52,966 nucleotides of DNA from Candidatus Saccharimonadota bacterium (GTDB taxonomy: Bacteria > Patescibacteriota > Saccharimonadia > Saccharimonadales > UBA4665). The notes under the pieces were generated by a model, which searched no databases, had not been told where the DNA came from, and was given only the letters and a program-made list of their open reading frames with translations. The stretch's first letter is position 1; each line of letters starts with the position of its first letter. A program made the position numbers and the translations under genes. Below are positions 8,588 to 18,196 of this stretch, in pieces. Where the stretch lies: contig JAICLK010000001.1 in assembly GCA_025927415.1 (NCBI GenBank), forward strand, positions 1-52,966, written 5' to 3'.

Positions 8588-10191
8588 CCGACCACGCGGT
8601 AGACTTCATCGATTGTGGTGAGGCCGGCACAAACTTTTAGGATGCCGTCTTGCAGCATGGTGCGCATGCCACTTTCTACTGCCGCAGCTTCGATGGTTTG
8701 GCTGGAAATAACTTTCTCGTGCTGCGAAAGCAGATCACGAATGGCGCCGGTCATCAAAAACTGTTCGCGTACTGGTACCTGGCCAAGGTAGCCGTACGGA
8801 TTTTCGGCAGAAGAACCAGGCTTGTACAGTTGCAATGTGTTAATGTCCGGACGCTCAATACCTTCTGGCAAGGTGTCGATGACTTCTTTGATTTTTGCCT
8901 TTGTGCTTTCGTCCGGCGTGTACGGTTGCTTGAGGTTGTCATCCAACTTTCGTACGAGCCGTTGCGCCATCACCAAACGAATGGACGAAACAAACAGCGG
9001 ATTCTGACCAATCACGTCACTCAAACGCGTGAGCGCCGCCGCCGCATTGTTAGCATGGAAGGTACATAGCACCAAGTGGCCGGTCAGCGCGGCCTGCAAT
9101 GCAGTACGCGCGGTGTCGTTGTCCCGAATCTCGCCGACCATCACAATGTCCGGGTCCAGCCGCAAGATGGCGCGGAGTTTGGCGGCGAAGCTTTCATCGT
9201 TCCCCTTCTCGGTACTGCGAACCGGAATTTGCGTAATACCCGGAAACTGGAATTCAACCGGGTCTTCCACGGTGATAATTTTTCGCTCTTCAGTGTTGAG
9301 CGTGTTGAGCATAGAATACAAAGTGGTCGTTTTACCAGAGCCAGTTGGGCCGACAACCATCACAAGACCGCTCGGCTTGGCGATAATATCATCTACAATT
9401 TTGCGTTCTGACGGGGTGAGGTCGAGTTTGTCCAGTGTGTAACGGCTTGGCTCCATGTTGAACAGACGCATCACCACATCCATGCCATTCACGGTTGGCA
9501 CGGTTTCGAGACGGATGTTCACGTCCACTGTTTCGCCCGTGGCCATTTGCACATGCTGAGCAATGTGCCCTTGCTGCGCTTCATCTACACCGGTAGAAAC
9601 GTTACCGGCGCTCGCGATGGCCGACAGCAAAATGCGATATTTCTCAAACGAAATATGTGCCACAGGATGCAACACGCCGTCGATACGAAACCGCACCCGC
9701 ACATAGTCCGGCTGTGTTTCTAGGTGAATGTCGGATGAGTTGAGTTGGTGTGCCTGCTGCACCAGATACGCCAGCATGTCGTCGGCACGCACTTGCTCGA
9801 GCACTGCCGAAACACTTTCCACCAAATCCTGCGTGCCAGCGTTGTTGATGGCAATGTCATGATATTCCACTTTCTTTGGTGGGTCGTACAAACGCATGTA
9901 TTCGTCAAAACTACTGTCGGAAATCAGCGCAAACTTCACCACTTGGTCTTGAAAACGAGCTTGCAAACCCTTCATCGACTGCTGCGCCGTCGTGTTAGTA
10001 ATGCCGAAAAGAACGTTGCTGCGGTCGGCCGTCAGCGGAATCACGCGAATGCGATACATTTCCTCGTTACTGAGCATGCCTGGGTGCAGCTGCTTCTGCG
10101 CCAGCTGCGACGCGTCGACATAATCAAATCCCAGCAACTGGGCGCGTCGCTGCGTCGAGTGCTCTTCATCCACCCGTACATCTTGTGCCAT
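8584..10191 (-). CDS. pilB: Type IV pilus / type II secretion assembly ATPase (GspE/PilB family)
   Basis: 535 aa. Walker A VVGPTGSGKTTTLYS, an Asp-box/Walker B region VMVGEIRD and a His box LTGHLVLCTFHANNA. Its 3' end overlaps the convergent hydrolase gene by 4 nt. Confidence 0.85.
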   Translation of the reverse strand: MAQDVRVDEEHSTQRRAQLLGFDYVDASQLAQKQLHPGMLSNEEMYRIRVIPLTADRSNVLFGITNTTAQQSMKGLQARFQDQVVKFALISDSSFDEYMRLYDPPKKVEYHDIAINNAGTQDLVESVSAVLEQVRADDMLAYLVQQAHQLNSSDIHLETQPDYVRVRFRIDGVLHPVAHISFEKYRILLSAIASAGNVSTGVDEAQQGHIAQHVQMATGETVDVNIRLETVPTVNGMDVVMRLFNMEPSRYTLDKLDLTPSERKIVDDIIAKPSGLVMVVGPTGSGKTTTLYSMLNTLNTEERKIITVEDPVEFQFPGITQIPVRSTEKGNDESFAAKLRAILRLDPDIVMVGEIRDNDTARTALQAALTGHLVLCTFHANNAAAALTRLSDVIGQNPLFVSSIRLVMAQRLVRKLDDNLKQPYTPDESTKAKIKEVIDTLPEGIERPDINTLQLYKPGSSAENPYGYLGQVPVREQFLMTGAIRDLLSQHEKVISSQTIEAAAVESGMRTMLQDGILKVCAGLTTIDEVYRVVG

Positions 10192-10205
10192 GTTTTTAGT
10201 ATAGC

Positions 10206-10754
10206 ATGAGCGTTATGTATACAACGAGCGCTCGCGTACTATTAACTAGTATGCGTGAGATTGTTCTTATTGCCCACAATATCCGGAGTACGCACAACGT
10301 CGGATCGTTGCTGCGAACGGCTGACGGGCTTGGCGTTTCGCGAGTTATTTTGAGCGGCTACACGCCATTTCCACGCTTGCATTTGGGCGAGCCACGCCTG
10401 CCACATTTGGCCGACAAAATTTCTCGACAGATCAACAAGACTGCACTCGGTGCCGAAAATTTCGTGCCATGGCAACATACCGAAGATATCGAACAGGCTT
10501 TTACCAAACTGCGCGCCGATGGCTTCACCATTGTCGCCGTCGAACAATCCGCCAATTCAATAAAGCTGCCGGATTACCAACCACCCGCGAAACTGGCACT
10601 CCTCGTTGGCCGCGAGGTTGAAGGTGTCGAGCCTGAAGTACTGGCCGCCTGCGACCTCGCCCTCGAGATCCCTATGTTCGGCCAAAAAGAGTCCTTCAAC
10701 GTCGTACAGGCCGCCGCTATAGCGCTGTACCACTGCCGCTTCTGGCATCCATAA
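10206..10754 (+). CDS. SpoU/TrmH family RNA 2'-O-methyltransferase
   Basis: IVLIAHNIRSTHNVGSLLRTADGLGV is typical of SpoU methylases, and there is a C-terminal SPOUT knot region (IPMFGQKESFNVVQAAAIALY). The start is uncertain: ATG 10206, 10215 or 10251. Confidence 0.75.
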   Translation: MSVMYTTSARVLLTSMREIVLIAHNIRSTHNVGSLLRTADGLGVSRVILSGYTPFPRLHLGEPRLPHLADKISRQINKTALGAENFVPWQHTEDIEQAFTKLRADGFTIVAVEQSANSIKLPDYQPPAKLALLVGREVEGVEPEVLAACDLALEIPMFGQKESFNVVQAAAIALYHCRFWHP

Positions 10755-10792
10755 TAAGCTTATGGTATGCTAAACAAGAAGAAGGAACAAGC

Positions 10793-11704
10793 ATGGTTCT
10801 TGCCACAAAACCAAATCGGGCGCCCAACATACAACACAAAAAGCGCAGCGGCCTACACCATAAACAGGACGAGCGATACCATAAGCCGTATTGGCCGTAT
10901 TTGCCGTTGCTGGCAATCGTGGGTTTGGGCATTATTTTCAATGGCGTTTGGGCGCAGCACTTGCAAAGTGTTCTGGGCGATACCACCGGCATTAGCACAT
11001 CGCAACTACTGAGCGACACCAACGTGCAGCGCTCGGCTGACAATGAAAAAAACCTGACGCTCAACAACGAACTAAGTGCCGCCGCGCAAGCCAAAGCCAA
11101 CGACATGGTAAAGCGTAATTACTGGTCGCACAACACACCCGACAACAAGACGCCGTGGTCGTTCATAACTGCCGCTGGGTATCCGTACCAAACTGCAGGC
11201 GAGAACCTGGCATACGGTTTCACTTCTAGCAACGCGCTGATGAACGGGTGGATGAACAGCGCCGAGCATCGTGGGAATATATTGGACACCAGCTACACGA
11301 ACGTAGGTTTTGGCATCGCCCAATCGCCCAACTTCCAGAACAGCGGGCCGGAAACAGTGGTAGTTGCTATGTACGCAGAACCTGCCGCCAACGTAACTAC
11401 CGTGAGTGCGCAAGTCGTCGGCACGCACCCAGCACCAGTGCAAGCTACGGTCGTGCAGCCGCCTGCTGCGAAAGTTTCACGCTTGCAAATCATCTCCAGC
11501 AACACACCGCTCAGTGCCTTCGTGGTTTCAAGTCTGTGCGCCATCCTTATGCTCATCTTCTTTGTACGGCATGGGTTGTTTCTTCGCCGCGCTTTTGCCC
11601 GCAGCGAGGCATTTGTAGTACACCACCGTCTATTGGATGTGCTGCTCGTGAGCGTCACGACGCTCGGCATCGTACTCACCCGCACCGCTGGTTTTATCCA
11701 CTAG
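10793..11704 (+). CDS. CAP/SCP (PR-1-like) domain protein with N- and C-terminal transmembrane segments
   Basis: 303 aa. YWSHNTPDNKTPW...GENLAYGF...GWMNSAEHRGNILD...VGFGIA matches the CAP-domain signature. SD is GAAGGAA. Confidence 0.7.
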   Translation: MVLATKPNRAPNIQHKKRSGLHHKQDERYHKPYWPYLPLLAIVGLGIIFNGVWAQHLQSVLGDTTGISTSQLLSDTNVQRSADNEKNLTLNNELSAAAQAKANDMVKRNYWSHNTPDNKTPWSFITAAGYPYQTAGENLAYGFTSSNALMNGWMNSAEHRGNILDTSYTNVGFGIAQSPNFQNSGPETVVVAMYAEPAANVTTVSAQVVGTHPAPVQATVVQPPAAKVSRLQIISSNTPLSAFVVSSLCAILMLIFFVRHGLFLRRAFARSEAFVVHHRLLDVLLVSVTTLGIVLTRTAGFIH

Positions 11705-14700
11705 TTACTGAACTTTGACGTTGTCGGCACCGACGAGTTCGGTCAACTTTGCAATGGACGCCTCGTTCCTTTGCATACCGCTCGGCAACCTAATAATTTG
11801 CTTATTCTCGGGTGCACCAAGCACCAATACAACATCTGTATCACCTCGATGTTGGTCGATGGCTTCTTTGAGTGAGAGCAAAAGCTGCTGATCGGCCGTG
11901 TCGGCCAGGCGAACATACACGCGCGGCGACGCTTGATCCGCAGCCTTTGCACCCGGCCCTGGCGCGCTAGCAGCTTTTCTGGCAGACGAAGCGGTTGGCG
12001 ATTTAACTTTCTTGCCTGTCGGGCCGTACGAGCTGGCTTGCTCTGGCGTGACTTCGCGGGCATCATCTGCCATCACTTTTATCTCTTCGCCGATGTTACC
12101 GTCGCGATCTTTGGCCGAAATTTTACCGCGGACCAACACCACACGGTCGCGTTCCCACAGTCCAACCGTGCTTTGATATGCACCCGGAAAAAGAATTATT
12201 TCTATCTCACCGCCAAGATCTTCAATCTTTACAAACGCCATCTTCTGGCCATTCTTGGTGGTAATTTCGCGAACGTCCGTAACGGCACCGCCCACACTTA
12301 CCGACTTGCCATTATGCTCTGGTTTGAGGTCGCTGATGGGAACTGTTTGCTCACTCAAAAACGTCTCATACAATTCGAGCGGATGCTGGCTGAGGTACAG
12401 ACCAAGAAGCTCGCGCTCCCAGGTAAGCTGTTCGTGCTGGTTGATTTTTGGTGCGGCTTCATCCAACTTCAGTTGCGGCTTGGTAGCTGCTGTTTCCTCC
12501 AGCAAATTACCAAATAAATCGGTCTGGCCACTCTGCGCATCTTTTTGCACGCGCTGCGCAAAAGCAAGCAATACGTCGAAGTTATGCAGCAAAAGTTCAC
12601 GCGAGCCAAAGCGGTCAAACGCGCCAGCTTTGGTAAGGCTTTCCAGCGCCTTGCGGTTCACAGTGCGAACGTTCACGCGAGTGAAGAAATCTTCGAGTGA
12701 CTCGAATTTGCCTTCGGCGCGCGCTCGCAAAATTTCTTCCACTGCACCCGTGCCGACGTTTTTAATGGCATTCATGCCGAAGCGAATTTGGTTCGTTGTG
12801 GGTACAACGGCGAATTCTACGAATGATTCGTTTACATCTGGTGGCAGCACGTCAATACTCATGTGCTTGCACTCGGTAATTTCGATGGCCAAGCGATCGG
12901 TGTCATCGTAATCGCTGGTCATGAGCGCGGCCATAAACGCCGATGGATAATTCGCTTTCAGATACGCCGTCCAGTAGGCAATTTGCGCGTAACACGTGGC
13001 GTGGGCCTTGTTAAACGAGTAGTCGGCAAACGGCTGAATCTGCGCCCACAAGTCACGCGCCTGCTGCTGCGTTAAGCCGCGCTTCACGCAGCCGGCGATA
13101 AACTTCGGCTCTTCGGCCTGCATGATTTCGCGCTTCTTTTTACCAATGGCTTTACGCACGAGGTCTGCCTCGCCAGGCGTGTAACCAGCCACGAATTGGA
13201 GCAGTTGAATGATCTGCTCCTGATAAACCATCACACCGTAGGTGTCTTTCAAAATTGGCTCGAGCGATTCGTGCGGATACGTAATGGACGCCGCGTTGTT
13301 TTTGCCTTCAATGAAACGCGGAATCTCTGCCATCGGTCCTGGCCGATACAAGGCGTTCATAGCGATGAGATCGGCAAACTCGGTCGGTTTTAGCTCGCGC
13401 ATGTAGCGTTTCATGCCAGCAGATTCAAACTGAAAAACGCCCGTGGTGTCGCCAACGCGAAACAGCCCAAACGTCTTGTCGTCATCGTTTGGAATCTCAC
13501 CGAGGCTAATGTCGTTTTTATATACTTTACGGATGATACGCAGCGCGTTGTTCAGGATAGTAAGGTTGCTCAAACCCAAAAAGTCCATTTTGAGCAATCC
13601 GAGTTCCTCGACCGGTCCCATTGGATATTGCGTCGCCACTACGCCTTTTTGAGCGCGTTCGAGTGGAACAAACTTCACGATGTCATCTGGCGCAATCACC
13701 ACGCCGGCAGCATGAACGCCATGGCTGCGAATGGTGCCGTCCAGCTGCACGGCAAGGTCGAACACGCGTTTGGCAGCGTCGTTCGTTTCGTACTCGCGCT
13801 TCAAGTCCATGTCTTCTTTGATTGCTGTTGCCAGCGGAATGTGACGGCCTTGCACCGGCGGTGGAATCATTTTTGCCAGCCGGTCAGCCTCGGCATACGG
13901 CACCTGTAGCACACGCGCCACGTCGCGCACGGCGTTACGCGCCGCCATGCGGCCAAACGTCACGATGTTAGCCACGCGGTCGTCGCCATATTTTTGCACA
14001 CAATACTGGATAACTTCGTCGCGGCGTGTGTCCTGAATGTCGATGTCGATATCTGGCATGGAAATTCGGTTAGGATTCAGGAATCGCTCGAACATCAATT
14101 CGTACTGCATCGGATCAATTTCAGTGATACGAATGGCATATGACACAATGGAACCGGCGGCAGAGCCACGGCCCGGCCCAAAAATTACACCTTGGTCTTT
14201 GCCCCAGTTAATGAAGTCTTGCACAATTAAAAAGTAGCCGTTATAGCCCATGCTGTCCATGACGCCCAGCTCGTACTCCGCCCGTTCAATTATCTGTTTG
14301 CTGAGCATTTTTTTTGCCTCGACAATGGTAATTTTGTCGCGCTTTTCGATTGGCACGCCGCCGTATCGCCAAGCCAAACCCTGCCACACCAGCTTGTGTA
14401 AATAGCTCTTTTCGTCCTCGCCTTTTGGTACTGGGAATTTTGGGATGAGGATTTTGCCCAGCTCAATATTCACCCCGCAACGGTCGGCAATGGCGCGTGA
14501 GTTTTTGATAACTTCAGGATGGTCTGTGCCCCAACGCTTGATGATATCGCGGGGATCGGTAACGTGCAACTCAAAGTCGCTCAGACTCATGCGCTTTTCA
14601 TCATTCAGAAACGCGCCGGTTTGCACGCACAGCAAAATTTCGTGTGCCGTTTGATCTTCGTGCCGCAAGTAGTGCGCGTCACAGGTTACCACGCATGGAA

Positions 14701-15328
14701 TGTCCAGCTCTTTACCGAGTTTCAGGGTCTGCTCGGTCACGCCGACTTGCTCCTCCCACTTGCTGGGATGATCCGGATGACCATGATCTTGCACCTCCAA
14801 ATAGTAGCGATCGCCAAAAACTTGCTTATACCACTGGGCGATTTCTTTCGCTTTATCGTACTGGCCTTGGCGCAGATTATCACCAACTTCGCCACCGATA
14901 CAACCGCTTAAAACAATAAGTCCTTCATTATATTTCTGCAGCAAATCATGGTCGACGCGCGGCTTATAGTAGGTACCTTCCAGGTTGGCGATGGTGCTGA
15001 GGCGCATGAGGTTACGGTAACCCTCGTTGTTCATGGCCAGCACGATAAGGTGATAATACGTTTTGTCTTTGGCCGGATCTTTGTCCAGGTGCGTCCGTGC
15101 AGCAACGTAGGCTTCCATGCCGATAATTGGCTTCACGCCGCCGGCAGTGGCAGTTTTATAAAATTCTATAGCACCGCTCAGTGTGCCATGGTCGGTCATG
15201 GCTACGGCTTCCATGCCAGTCTGTTTTACATGGTCAATAAGCGCCGGAACTTTGGTGAGTCCGTCCAGCAAACTGTACTGTGTATGGTTGTGCAAATGCA
15301 CATAATCGCTTGGCGCAAGCTTACTCAT
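11705..15328 (-). CDS. dnaE: DNA polymerase III alpha subunit
   Basis: 1207 aa. PHP N-terminus (HLHNHTQYSLLDG), polymerase core and OB fold. Its stop codon directly abuts the stop of the convergent CAP gene. Confidence 0.95.
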   Translation of the reverse strand: MSKLAPSDYVHLHNHTQYSLLDGLTKVPALIDHVKQTGMEAVAMTDHGTLSGAIEFYKTATAGGVKPIIGMEAYVAARTHLDKDPAKDKTYYHLIVLAMNNEGYRNLMRLSTIANLEGTYYKPRVDHDLLQKYNEGLIVLSGCIGGEVGDNLRQGQYDKAKEIAQWYKQVFGDRYYLEVQDHGHPDHPSKWEEQVGVTEQTLKLGKELDIPCVVTCDAHYLRHEDQTAHEILLCVQTGAFLNDEKRMSLSDFELHVTDPRDIIKRWGTDHPEVIKNSRAIADRCGVNIELGKILIPKFPVPKGEDEKSYLHKLVWQGLAWRYGGVPIEKRDKITIVEAKKMLSKQIIERAEYELGVMDSMGYNGYFLIVQDFINWGKDQGVIFGPGRGSAAGSIVSYAIRITEIDPMQYELMFERFLNPNRISMPDIDIDIQDTRRDEVIQYCVQKYGDDRVANIVTFGRMAARNAVRDVARVLQVPYAEADRLAKMIPPPVQGRHIPLATAIKEDMDLKREYETNDAAKRVFDLAVQLDGTIRSHGVHAAGVVIAPDDIVKFVPLERAQKGVVATQYPMGPVEELGLLKMDFLGLSNLTILNNALRIIRKVYKNDISLGEIPNDDDKTFGLFRVGDTTGVFQFESAGMKRYMRELKPTEFADLIAMNALYRPGPMAEIPRFIEGKNNAASITYPHESLEPILKDTYGVMVYQEQIIQLLQFVAGYTPGEADLVRKAIGKKKREIMQAEEPKFIAGCVKRGLTQQQARDLWAQIQPFADYSFNKAHATCYAQIAYWTAYLKANYPSAFMAALMTSDYDDTDRLAIEITECKHMSIDVLPPDVNESFVEFAVVPTTNQIRFGMNAIKNVGTGAVEEILRARAEGKFESLEDFFTRVNVRTVNRKALESLTKAGAFDRFGSRELLLHNFDVLLAFAQRVQKDAQSGQTDLFGNLLEETAATKPQLKLDEAAPKINQHEQLTWERELLGLYLSQHPLELYETFLSEQTVPISDLKPEHNGKSVSVGGAVTDVREITTKNGQKMAFVKIEDLGGEIEIILFPGAYQSTVGLWERDRVVLVRGKISAKDRDGNIGEEIKVMADDAREVTPEQASSYGPTGKKVKSPTASSARKAASAPGPGAKAADQASPRVYVRLADTADQQLLLSLKEAIDQHRGDTDVVLVLGAPENKQIIRLPSGMQRNEASIAKLTELVGADNVKVQ

Positions 15329-15625
15329 GGCGTGCCGAAATTGTTACCCTCTTCTTTGCTTTATTATAACTTGAAACCGAGCAATCTTAAAGACGCAAGG
15401 TGTCGCTTAATACTGTAGGATTTATTCGCTTTTCGCCGTTTACGGCTCGTCAGCACGACTTAGTTCATTCGTGGAAGCGAAAGAAAGCAGACGATGAAAC
15501 AGATGGAGAAAAGGAAGAAGGTTTTAGCTGGCACTCGCCGGCCGTGGTTATGGCGTGCATCTCATTCAGTGAATCCTGAACTAGACGGTTCCATACCACG
15601 GCCTCGAACTAGAATTTGCGTTGGT

Positions 15626-15868
15626 TTACGGGGACGGCGTCGGCGTGCTGTAGATGTTGATGGTGTCCTGCATGATGTGGATCGTATCGATCTCCATATG
15701 CGTGGCGTACACCAACGCTACCAACGCGATAGCCGTCAAGACTCCCCAGAACAGGATTGTTCCTTTGTCTCGGTAAGGATCTACTACCTCTCTGACGAGC
15801 ATGGTCACAAAGAAACTGAGGAACATGGCGATGGCGACGATGGTGAAGATACAGATTGCGGCGAGCAT
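15626..15868 (-). CDS. Small hypothetical membrane protein (80 aa, two predicted TM helices)
   Basis: Strong SD GGGGGAG 4 nt before the ATG. Two hydrophobic stretches were seen. No family recognised. Confidence 0.5.
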   Translation of the reverse strand: MLAAICIFTIVAIAMFLSFFVTMLVREVVDPYRDKGTILFWGVLTAIALVALVYATHMEIDTIHIMQDTINIYSTPTPSP

Positions 15869-15910
15869 GATACTCCCCCTTAGGGATAGTTTCGTGTGAT
15901 GAACGACGAT

Positions 15911-16093
15911 CTACGGGCAAAACGCTGGGTTGTTGCACGTATTGGTCGCCTCATGTTCGAGGATCAGCCAGAAGCCGAGCGCTCCCAGGACCAGGGCTGC
16001 CAGCATTGCTAGCAAAATCGCCCAGACATAGATGCTTTCTCGGTTTCGGTAGAAAACCCCAAGAAGGGTTTCGAGGATATGACTTGCAGGCAT
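15911..16093 (-). CDS. Small hypothetical membrane protein (60 aa, one TM helix)
   Basis: SD GAGGGGG 4 nt before the ATG, the same layout as the neighbouring 80-aa gene. No family recognised. Confidence 0.45.
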   Translation of the reverse strand: MPASHILETLLGVFYRNRESIYVWAILLAMLAALVLGALGFWLILEHEATNTCNNPAFCP

Positions 16094-16163
16094 GATGCCC
16101 CCTCAGGTATGGTCGTTGGCTTGTGACACTTAGTGCCTTATGATTTTTTCTACTTGCTTCATG

Positions 16164-16217
16164 GACGTTGAACAGTAAAAGTGCGAATAGCTTTTCGTAC
16201 ACTTACTGTTCAACGTC
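16164..16217. repeat. Perfect 15-bp inverted repeat GACGTTGAACAGTAA / TTACTGTTCAACGTC with a 24-nt spacer
   Basis: Read directly from the sequence. It lies in the gap upstream of the 60-aa gene and downstream of the 16325 gene. Confidence 0.8.
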
Positions 16218-16324
16218 TATATTGTTTCAAAGTCTGCTTGTCAAGGTACCTCGGAGTAACTCCTTACTCAACGAAGTTTATACATACTAACATAAGCACT
16301 GTACTTTGTCAAGTTGGGTCTCTG

Positions 16325-16606
16325 TTATTTCGGTCGGCTTTGAAGCGTGTGACGAACCGTGTCAACGAAGTGGCCAACGATGGGAACTTGTCCAAAAAGA
16401 GACAACAGCCACAACAAGGCAGCAATACCAAGTGTTGCACCAACAATACCACCGAGCCCGCTAACCACACCCTTCAAAAAATTCGTGCGATACAATGCAG
16501 CGCGATTTGGCTTCAGCTCATCATACAGCTCCACCACTTGGCGGCCGAGCTGTTGGTAGTTTTTATCGGCAAGCTCTTTGTCTGTATGCGTCTTCTTAAA
16601 AAGCAT
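16325..16606 (-). CDS. Small membrane protein, possibly DUF5665-like
   Basis: The ORF track starts at TTG 16615; the first ATG is at 16606. It has a C-terminal Gly-rich TM segment GVVSGLGGIVGATLGIAALLWLLSLF. The family call is from memory only. Confidence 0.55.
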   Translation of the reverse strand: MLFKKTHTDKELADKNYQQLGRQVVELYDELKPNRAALYRTNFLKGVVSGLGGIVGATLGIAALLWLLSLFGQVPIVGHFVDTVRHTLQSRPK

Positions 16607-16623
16607 GCTGCTCAATTTCGCTG

Positions 16624-17025
16624 CTATTTTTTGAGATATTTCCTGAGGTGCTCTATGCTGTCGCGGACATCCTTGATCGCCTGCTCGAGGTCTTTGTCGT
16701 CTGCTTCACCTTCGTGCGCAGCGCCCAGCATCTCGCGTGCTTTATCCTTGGCCTTTTGGCCGAGTTGCATGGCCGACTCTAGCTCTTCTCGACCTTTGCC
16801 CTTCAGTGAATCTAGCTTACTTTTTGCTTCATCAAGCACTTGGTTGAGTTCGGTGTGAAGTTTTTTGAGCTGCTTTTCCGCCTCGGCGTATGTTTTGTTG
16901 GCTGCTTCTTTGATGTCTTCGCGCGTGTCCTTGCCGCTTTTTGGCGCGGTCAAAATGCCAGCTACATAGCCTGCAACGACTGCAAAAATTGCTGTAAATG
17001 CAAAACGCTTCGTGTTTTTTCCCAT
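16624..17025 (-). CDS. YtxH-domain (general-stress-like) protein
   Basis: N-terminal TM helix followed by a charged coiled region (APKSGKDTREDIKEAANKTYAEAEKQLKK). I chose ATG 17025 (SD GGAAGGA) rather than the ORF-track start at 17067. Confidence 0.7.
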   Translation of the reverse strand: MGKNTKRFAFTAIFAVVAGYVAGILTAPKSGKDTREDIKEAANKTYAEAEKQLKKLHTELNQVLDEAKSKLDSLKGKGREELESAMQLGQKAKDKAREMLGAAHEGEADDKDLEQAIKDVRDSIEHLRKYLKK

Positions 17026-17026
17026 A

Positions 17027-17296
17027 TTAATCCTTCCCTTTTTTGTGGCCCTGAACGGTTTGGGCAATATTATGAATAACCTTTAAAATGGCGAGTGGAC
17101 CGGCGACATCCTTAAACATGGCACTGACCGTTTCAGCCGAATCGACAATGTGCTCGGCCTTGCGCGCCACTCGATTAACCGCCTTAAGCAAACGTACTAC
17201 CTGCGTGGCAATGATGATACTCAACAGCAAAAACAAAGCCAAAAAAACTGAGAGAATGATAACGAGAACGTGCGTGCTTGTATCCATATAATTCAT
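17027..17296 (-). CDS. Small TM plus coiled-coil protein, DUF948-like
   Basis: 89 aa with an N-terminal TM helix and then a helical region. The stop lies 1 nt before the ytxH-like ATG. The family call is tentative. Confidence 0.55.
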   Translation of the reverse strand: MNYMDTSTHVLVIILSVFLALFLLLSIIIATQVVRLLKAVNRVARKAEHIVDSAETVSAMFKDVAGPLAILKVIHNIAQTVQGHKKGKD

Positions 17297-17305
17297 TCTA
17301 CTACA

Positions 17306-18196
17306 TTATGTAATTTTTTTGCGTAAATGCTCGCGAAGTTCAGGACCGATGTCATCGCGTTGCAGCGCAAAGTCGAACACGGTTTTGAGATATTCCAGCG
17401 GATTGCCCGTGTCGTAATACGAGCCATTTTGAATTTCTAGTCCATAAATATGATGGCCGTCTTCGATCATTTTCTGCATGGCTGGCTGAATCATGAATTC
17501 ACCTTCTTCCGGGTTATACGTTTCTTGCTGTTCGGCAAGAAACTCAAGCAAAATTGGGTCGAACACGTAGCCACTTACTGAGGCCAAATCGCTTGGCGCG
17601 TTTTCCTTGCCAGGCTTTTCGACAATGGTTTTCATGTCCACAATGCCAGGCGCAACTTCGTCACCAGCAACGTAACCATAGCGTTTGTAATCTTGGTCGG
17701 CGTTGCGCCGAACACACGTTATTACCGAGCCGCCTTTTTGTTCGTGTAGTTCCAGCATCTGCCGGAAACGACTGGGCGAAGCCTCGACGAAGTCGTCGGC
17801 GAATGTATAGATAAAGGGCTCGTTGCCGATGAGATGTGCGGCGTTCATAAGCGGCGTGCCGGTGCCGTAAGGGCCTTTTTGGCGAATGTAAGCGAAGTTG
17901 GCAAGGCCGGAAATCCTGTCGGTTGCTTCAAGCAATTCTTCCTTGCTGCCACGCTCCAAATTAGCACGCAAATCGGCACTCATATGGTCGAAATGATCTT
18001 CAATGGTGCGCTTATGATAGCCAGTTACAATCATAACGTCTGTAATACCTGCACTTACCAGTTCTTCCACAATGTGCTGAATAATTGGCTTGTCGACGAG
18101 CGGCAACATTTCTTTTGGCATGGCTTTGGTTTGCGGCAAAAAACGCGTACCAAATCCGGCGGCGGCGATGACCGCCTTTGTTACTTTCTGACTCAT
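17306..18196 (-). CDS. galU: UTP--glucose-1-phosphate uridylyltransferase
   Basis: 296 aa. AAGFGTRFLPQTKAMPKEMLPLVDKP is the nucleotidyltransferase signature. Confidence 0.9.
   Translation of the reverse strand: MSQKVTKAVIAAAGFGTRFLPQTKAMPKEMLPLVDKPIIQHIVEELVSAGITDVMIVTGYHKRTIEDHFDHMSADLRANLERGSKEELLEATDRISGLANFAYIRQKGPYGTGTPLMNAAHLIGNEPFIYTFADDFVEASPSRFRQMLELHEQKGGSVITCVRRNADQDYKRYGYVAGDEVAPGIVDMKTIVEKPGKENAPSDLASVSGYVFDPILLEFLAEQQETYNPEEGEFMIQPAMQKMIEDGHHIYGLEIQNGSYYDTGNPLEYLKTVFDFALQRDDIGPELREHLRKKIT

Noticed and set aside
11694-11702. DnaA-box-like TTATCCACT next to dnaE (possible origin)
   Set aside because: It is a single imperfect copy inside the CAP-gene 3' end, with no cluster of boxes and no AT-rich unwinding element nearby.
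15494-15883. 129-aa plus-strand ORF in the dnaE-upstream island
   Set aside because: It is antisense to the better-supported 80-aa membrane ORF (strong SD) and has an Arg/Asp-rich, noise-like composition.
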